NCBI GenBank assembly: GCA_004431415.1
Contig: QPMI01000040.1
Coordinates: 310,001-374,000 of the forward strand
Length of the DNA: 64,000 bases
Reading direction: 5' to 3'
Source: Cyanophora paradoxa CCMP329
Taxonomy: Eukaryota; Plantae; Glaucophyta
Position numbers and translations under genes: made by a program. This document shows, piece by piece, positions 60,101-64,000 of this stretch (positions are counted from its first letter, which is position 1; each line of letters opens with the position of its first letter). The notes beneath the pieces were generated by a model. The model was not told the DNA's origin and made no database searches. It worked only from the letters and a program-made list of their open reading frames with translations.

Positions 60101-63100
60101 GATCAGATGCCGGCACGGAGCTTGTGATGGAGGTGGGGCGCGGGATCGTGGACCTGGACGCGTCGCAGTCGAAGTCGTGTGATGGGAAGCCGGTCGACGC
60201 GTACCTCTGGACCGAGGTCGAGCTCAGCGACCCGAAGCGGCCCGCTCTCCTCCAGGACAACACGACTGCGAGCACCACCGCCACCCGTCTGCGCGTGGGC
60301 AAGACTACGTGAGCGGCGCCAGAGGCGGCGCTAACGCTAGCGTGCACCTGCAGCTGCGACTAATTATTGCTGTTGTACAGATTCCAGCTGAAGGTGACGG
60401 ACCGCGTGGGCCAGTCCAGCACAGCGGAGGTTGTCGTCACCGTGCTTAATCGAAAGAGTGCGCGATTTTTTCATCTCGGTTTCGCATCGATATCGGCGCG
60501 GCGCTTTACAGTCGCTGTTCGCGCGCAGACGTCGTGGCGCTTGTTTGCGTTGATGAGGATGAAAAGACGTTTGCAGATTCGTTTAATGGAACGGTTGTAG
60601 CGAGCACGCTTGCCAGTGCCTTCGGGGCCTTCTTGGAGTCAACCATCGACCCGGCAACATTCGGCGACCTACGCGCGTCGGTCTGTGACGACGAGAGCGG
60701 GAAGGCCGCCGTCTCCGTCATGATTCCGGCCATTCCAGGTTCGCCCCTTTAGCTTTTTGTTCTTCGCTGCCTTCTTAGGTCTCTTAAGCTTGAAGTCTTG
60801 CCACTCAATAAGTGACTCACTCGAGCGCTTTTAACCACGACGAAATGCAGGCATGACGGGAACTGAGGTCGGCGAGAAGCTCAAAACGATGACGCCGGCG
60901 GATTTCGGGCCCAGAGGGGTGCTGCGGCGCCTTTTCGCATCCTCGAGCTCCCTTACCGTCACGCGGCTCTCCGTCCAACTTTTGACCTCTTCAAGTGCGA
61001 TTCGCAAATTTAATATGGTTTGATCTGGCGTATACGGCCTCTCACTCCGACCGCGGTTGCAGACAACGAGCCACCGAGCACACCTGTTCTATCAATTTAC
61101 CCACAATCACGATACAGCTACGTTGTCGTCGACAGGGCGACAAAGGCGCGCTTTAATTTCGGTTGCACGCATTTCATGAACACAGCTTGATCGGACTTGC
61201 GTGTCGCAGCTTGGAGACGTGCAGCTCATTGCGCAGTCCATTGACAAGGCCCCAGGCGTGGTTGTCTCGTACGAATGGTGCGATGGCACGAATGTTTTCA
61301 AGGCACGTGCACCTTAGACCGTTCAACCAGGTATCTCGACGGAGTGATGCTCAAGTCGAAAACGAACACAGTGAAACTGAGCCTGCGTGCCGCAAACTAC
61401 ACCGTCCGCGCAATAGGCTCGCTCATTACTCCTTCAGACAGTATTTATGCCTTTATGCCCTTTCTGACTATCCGCAATGCTCTCCAGCTCTCGACGATGA
61501 GTCGTCGTACGCCGAATCCGATGTGATGAAGCTTCAGGCCCGTTCAACGCCGAATCGCCTGCACGTCATTTTCAATGGCGCCCTCTCACGTCCTCGGGGC
61601 GCAGGTGACCGACGAATACAGCTGCAACGTTGCGAAGGTTTGCCCTACGTTTCATTTCCCTTGGCCGGCGCCAGCGCTGGCGTCTTATTTGCCGTCGCGC
61701 AGGATCTCGTCTTCGTGCTCGACGCCTCGACATCGCCAGCGTGCGACCATGCGCCCGCCGCCTCGCGCGTGCTGCGCAGCCGACGCGAGCGCAGGTCGTA
61801 CAAGATTGCGCAAGAGTTTGTGGCAAAGATCCTGCGTCCCTTCTTCCTGCAGGGCCCGGACTCGTACGCTACCATCGTCCGGTACGGTCTGCCGCCCGAC
61901 GGCAATGCGACGGTCATCTTTGAGCGGAGCGGTGCGCTGTTTGTTCGCTCTGCCACGTGCACACGACACATGCGCGCGCTCTTAAACACGTTTCTGCAGA
62001 GGTGAAAGTGGTCCACGACGCCCTTCTCGCCAACAAGATGCCGAATGTGCGGCTTGCACTGCGCATGCGTTACTTGCAGAGCTCTTGACTCACGTGCGAG
62101 GGCAGGACGTCGATCCATCCATGCCTCGGCTCCTCGGCAAGGGCTTGGAGGTCGCTCGGACGACAATCGAGGCCTCTGCGCGCAAAGGCATCGTCCGCTC
62201 CATCGTTTTCGTCGCTTTTGACGAGCCGCTCGACGGGACGCAAGCCCGAAACGCCAGCCTTCAAGCACTCGCTCGGAGCAACGTGCGACCGCTCTCTTCA
62301 GCTTTGATTGTGCCACTGCTTTTAATCGATTCACGGCACTACCTGCAGGTGTACGCAGTCCCAGCGTTGGCCGACCCGTACAGCTTCACCAACGGTTTCG
62401 ACTCCATGCGCCAGCTCGTGTACGCGTATACTCCTCAACGATCCGCAAATCAAAGCCGTCAGCGTCCACCCTCTGCTTATAAAGCGCGCGATCGGCAGGC
62501 GGAACAACGTCAGCGACGTGCTGCCCGTCACGCTGGAGCTGCAGGAGGAGGTGCAGCAGGCCGCCGTCGACCTGGCGACCATGGTCTGCGAAGGTGCGCT
62601 CCGGGTTTCGGCAGTCTTCCCATGCGACAGAAAGAGGAATCTTGGCTTTTCATTGCTCATCTGCGGGGGACACGTAGGATTGGCGCCGCCGGGGGCGGAT
62701 GACGCGCAGGCGGGGCAGACGATCGGAAGGACGCTCACCGTGCGCGATTGAGCACTTTGTCTCCGTTGCAGTGCGCGTGCCTCTGCAATAACGGTAAAAC
62801 AGGTCGCGATCGCCGCCAGTATCGGCGCGACGATCGCTTCGGGATCGATCGGCGGCTCTGCGGGCGTGATTGATCAAGCGCAGTTCATTGCACAGACATC
62901 CTTCCTTAGCATGAACCAGTGCGCCGTGCCCCGTGCTAGCCCGGCGCTGATCGCACACTGCTGACCCCTGGTTCGCCAGGCCGCAGCCTTACAACGCAAC
63001 GGCCTCGTCAACTCGCTGGACGATGCTTTACTTGGGCGCGGTCCGTCTCTCCGTCTCTGCAAGCCGCGCTGCTCTAGATCTGAAGCAGCCGATGTGCTGA

Positions 63101-64000
63101 TATGGACGTCGATATCTTGCAGCCGTGGAAGCGTTCGAACACGTCGACCAGTGCTACTGGCTCAAGCTCGGGCGAGAGCGTCGTAGGCCGGCGGCGGCTG
63201 CTCGGCGGAAATTCCTTTGCTCGCGAAATCGGCGGTGAAGTCGGCACAGACTTCCTCTCCGAGAGCGTCACGTGGACGGTCATCATTCTGCTCGGCGTCT
63301 CTATTCTACAGGGCCTCCTCCGGCTCTTTATCGCGTACGTGCTCAAGCGCAAGAAGGCGCCCGAAGTTCTCTGGTAATTTGGACCCCTTTTCCCAACCTC
63401 TCGCTTGGAGGTTCTGATCCCTCCGGCAGGTTCCCCAAGCCACAAATCACGGTGATGGTTATGGCGTACGAGGGCTTTGTGATGGCCTCGGCCGCAACGG
63501 CGCGGGCAAACGATGGGGCGAGGCCGTGGGCTGCAGTCGTGCTGGTACGCCGGGAAGTATTTCCGCGTCGATCTTGCCGTGCTCATCGGTTTCGGGCGTA
63601 GCTGCTCGGCGCCGTGGGCTTCTGCTTAATTGTCGTGGTGAGCTGTGGAATTGCAGGGCCGTGTGCTTAAAAGTACTCATACGGATGCATGCGCAGGCGG
63701 CGGTAATCTGGCGCCTCCGGCACGAGAAGCACATCATATGGTACAATTTCAAAGAGCCGGACTGGCGCCGTCTGTGGCGGGGCGAGGACCGGCCGGCGTG
63801 CCTGCGCGAGCTAAAGGAAATCCGGCACCTGCTCGCCATACCCGACACGATCGACAAGTTCGAGGACGCCACGCACGCGTACCTTGCCAAAGACTTCAGG
63901 AAGTTCTTCAAGAAGGGCACGCTGAATGCCTTGAAGGCACTCGGCCGCGCAAAGCAGGCGGCCAAAGAGGGCAGCGTGCACAAGAAGATCGCGCTGACGC
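27146..64000 (+). CDS. Giant multi-exon cell-surface/receptor-like protein (signal peptide, FN3, lectin/LamG, Kelch, PKD-like, vWA, multi-TM); 3' end beyond the window
   Basis: ATG 27146 MTRTAALLAILGALLLVPALSQG; continuous chain of short-intron-separated + strand exons with extracellular domains, and TM helices after about 62800. Single-gene continuity was not verified at every junction. Confidence 0.7.
29280..39740 (+). repeat. Array of 8 ConA/LamG-like domains, each inserted in an Ig/FN3-like scaffold, plus 2 empty scaffolds
   Basis: Motif YDASSWTGSQWxDLSGNxRHA...YTLVHSCRY...NWLSG...DWILSVDRP...SxWQCxFVxVYxRxLSDxEVxEVEAWA starting at about 29440, 30635, 31965, 33430, 34880, 36000, 37280 and 38750. 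Confidence 0.85.
42310..43000 (+). other. Laminin-G3/pentraxin-like domain exons of the giant gene
   Basis: WARIFDL...KFYINGQLK...LGLSSWPGEP...GQIAELRFWNVERTAAQIAS...GLYMYFPF. Confidence 0.8.
43791..51510 (+). repeat. About 25 tandem 309-bp (103-aa) FN3-like repeats in one intronless exon
   Basis: Unit EAPWAPASVAVSAIAPRNATVTVTLGYNGGAWVTSVAASCGPAEGGAAxWGxVQAVSLGAAGTTVSFSAAGLEPNTTYVCQANATSAAGTSPATLSASFITA recurring every 309 bp; terminal units are diverged. Confidence 0.95.
55500..56700 (+). other. Kelch/galactose-oxidase-type beta-propeller exons
   Basis: VYVFGG...NLYMY...W...GSEPPPRSEA; GGLDGDGKPLSDVWRFD...W; MFVFGG...FFNDL; LYVTGG...ELFMYD...W. Confidence 0.85.
60100..60460 (+). other. PKD/K319-like Ig domain
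   Basis: LDASQSKSCDG...YLWTEV...TY|RFQLKVTDRVGQSSTAEVVVTV. Confidence 0.75.
61695..62430 (+). other. von Willebrand factor A-like domain
   Basis: DLVFVLDAS...YKIAQEFVAKIL...ATIVRYG...IVFVAFD...VYAV. Confidence 0.65.
62800..63700 (+). other. Start of a multi-pass transmembrane region
   Basis: VAIAASIGATIASGSIGGSAGVIDQAQFIAQTSFL; VTWTVIILLGVSILQGLLRLFIAYVL; FPKPQITVMVMAYEGFVMASAA. Confidence 0.65.

Overview
GC-rich, intron-dense microbial-eukaryote DNA (introns mostly 55-90 nt, some with GC donors; an alga/protist by inference). From left to right: (1) 1-~2500, a low-complexity, poly-G/poly-C-interrupted tail of an unidentified plus-strand gene; (2) 3456-13594 (-), one spliced reading frame that, by hand-splicing, joins an intact patatin-like phospholipase domain to a full-size PDR-type ABCG transporter; (3) ~13700-26100, a nested transposon island containing a hAT MITE, several TA-flanked pogo/Tc2-like MITEs, a pogo-like element keeping only a CENP-B HTH, three truncated poly(A) retrocopies, and a 5.4-kb gag-only LTR element with identical 300-bp LTRs and extra internal PPT-like copies; (4) 27146 to beyond 64000 (+), a giant secretory-pathway membrane protein gene with a signal peptide, 8 variable lectin-like (ConA/LamG) domains inserted into a constant Ig/FN3-like scaffold on phase-0 exons, ~25 near-identical 309-bp FN3 repeats, LamG, Kelch, PKD-like and vWA domains, and the start of a multi-pass TM region. 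All exon structures were derived by eye; no searches were run.
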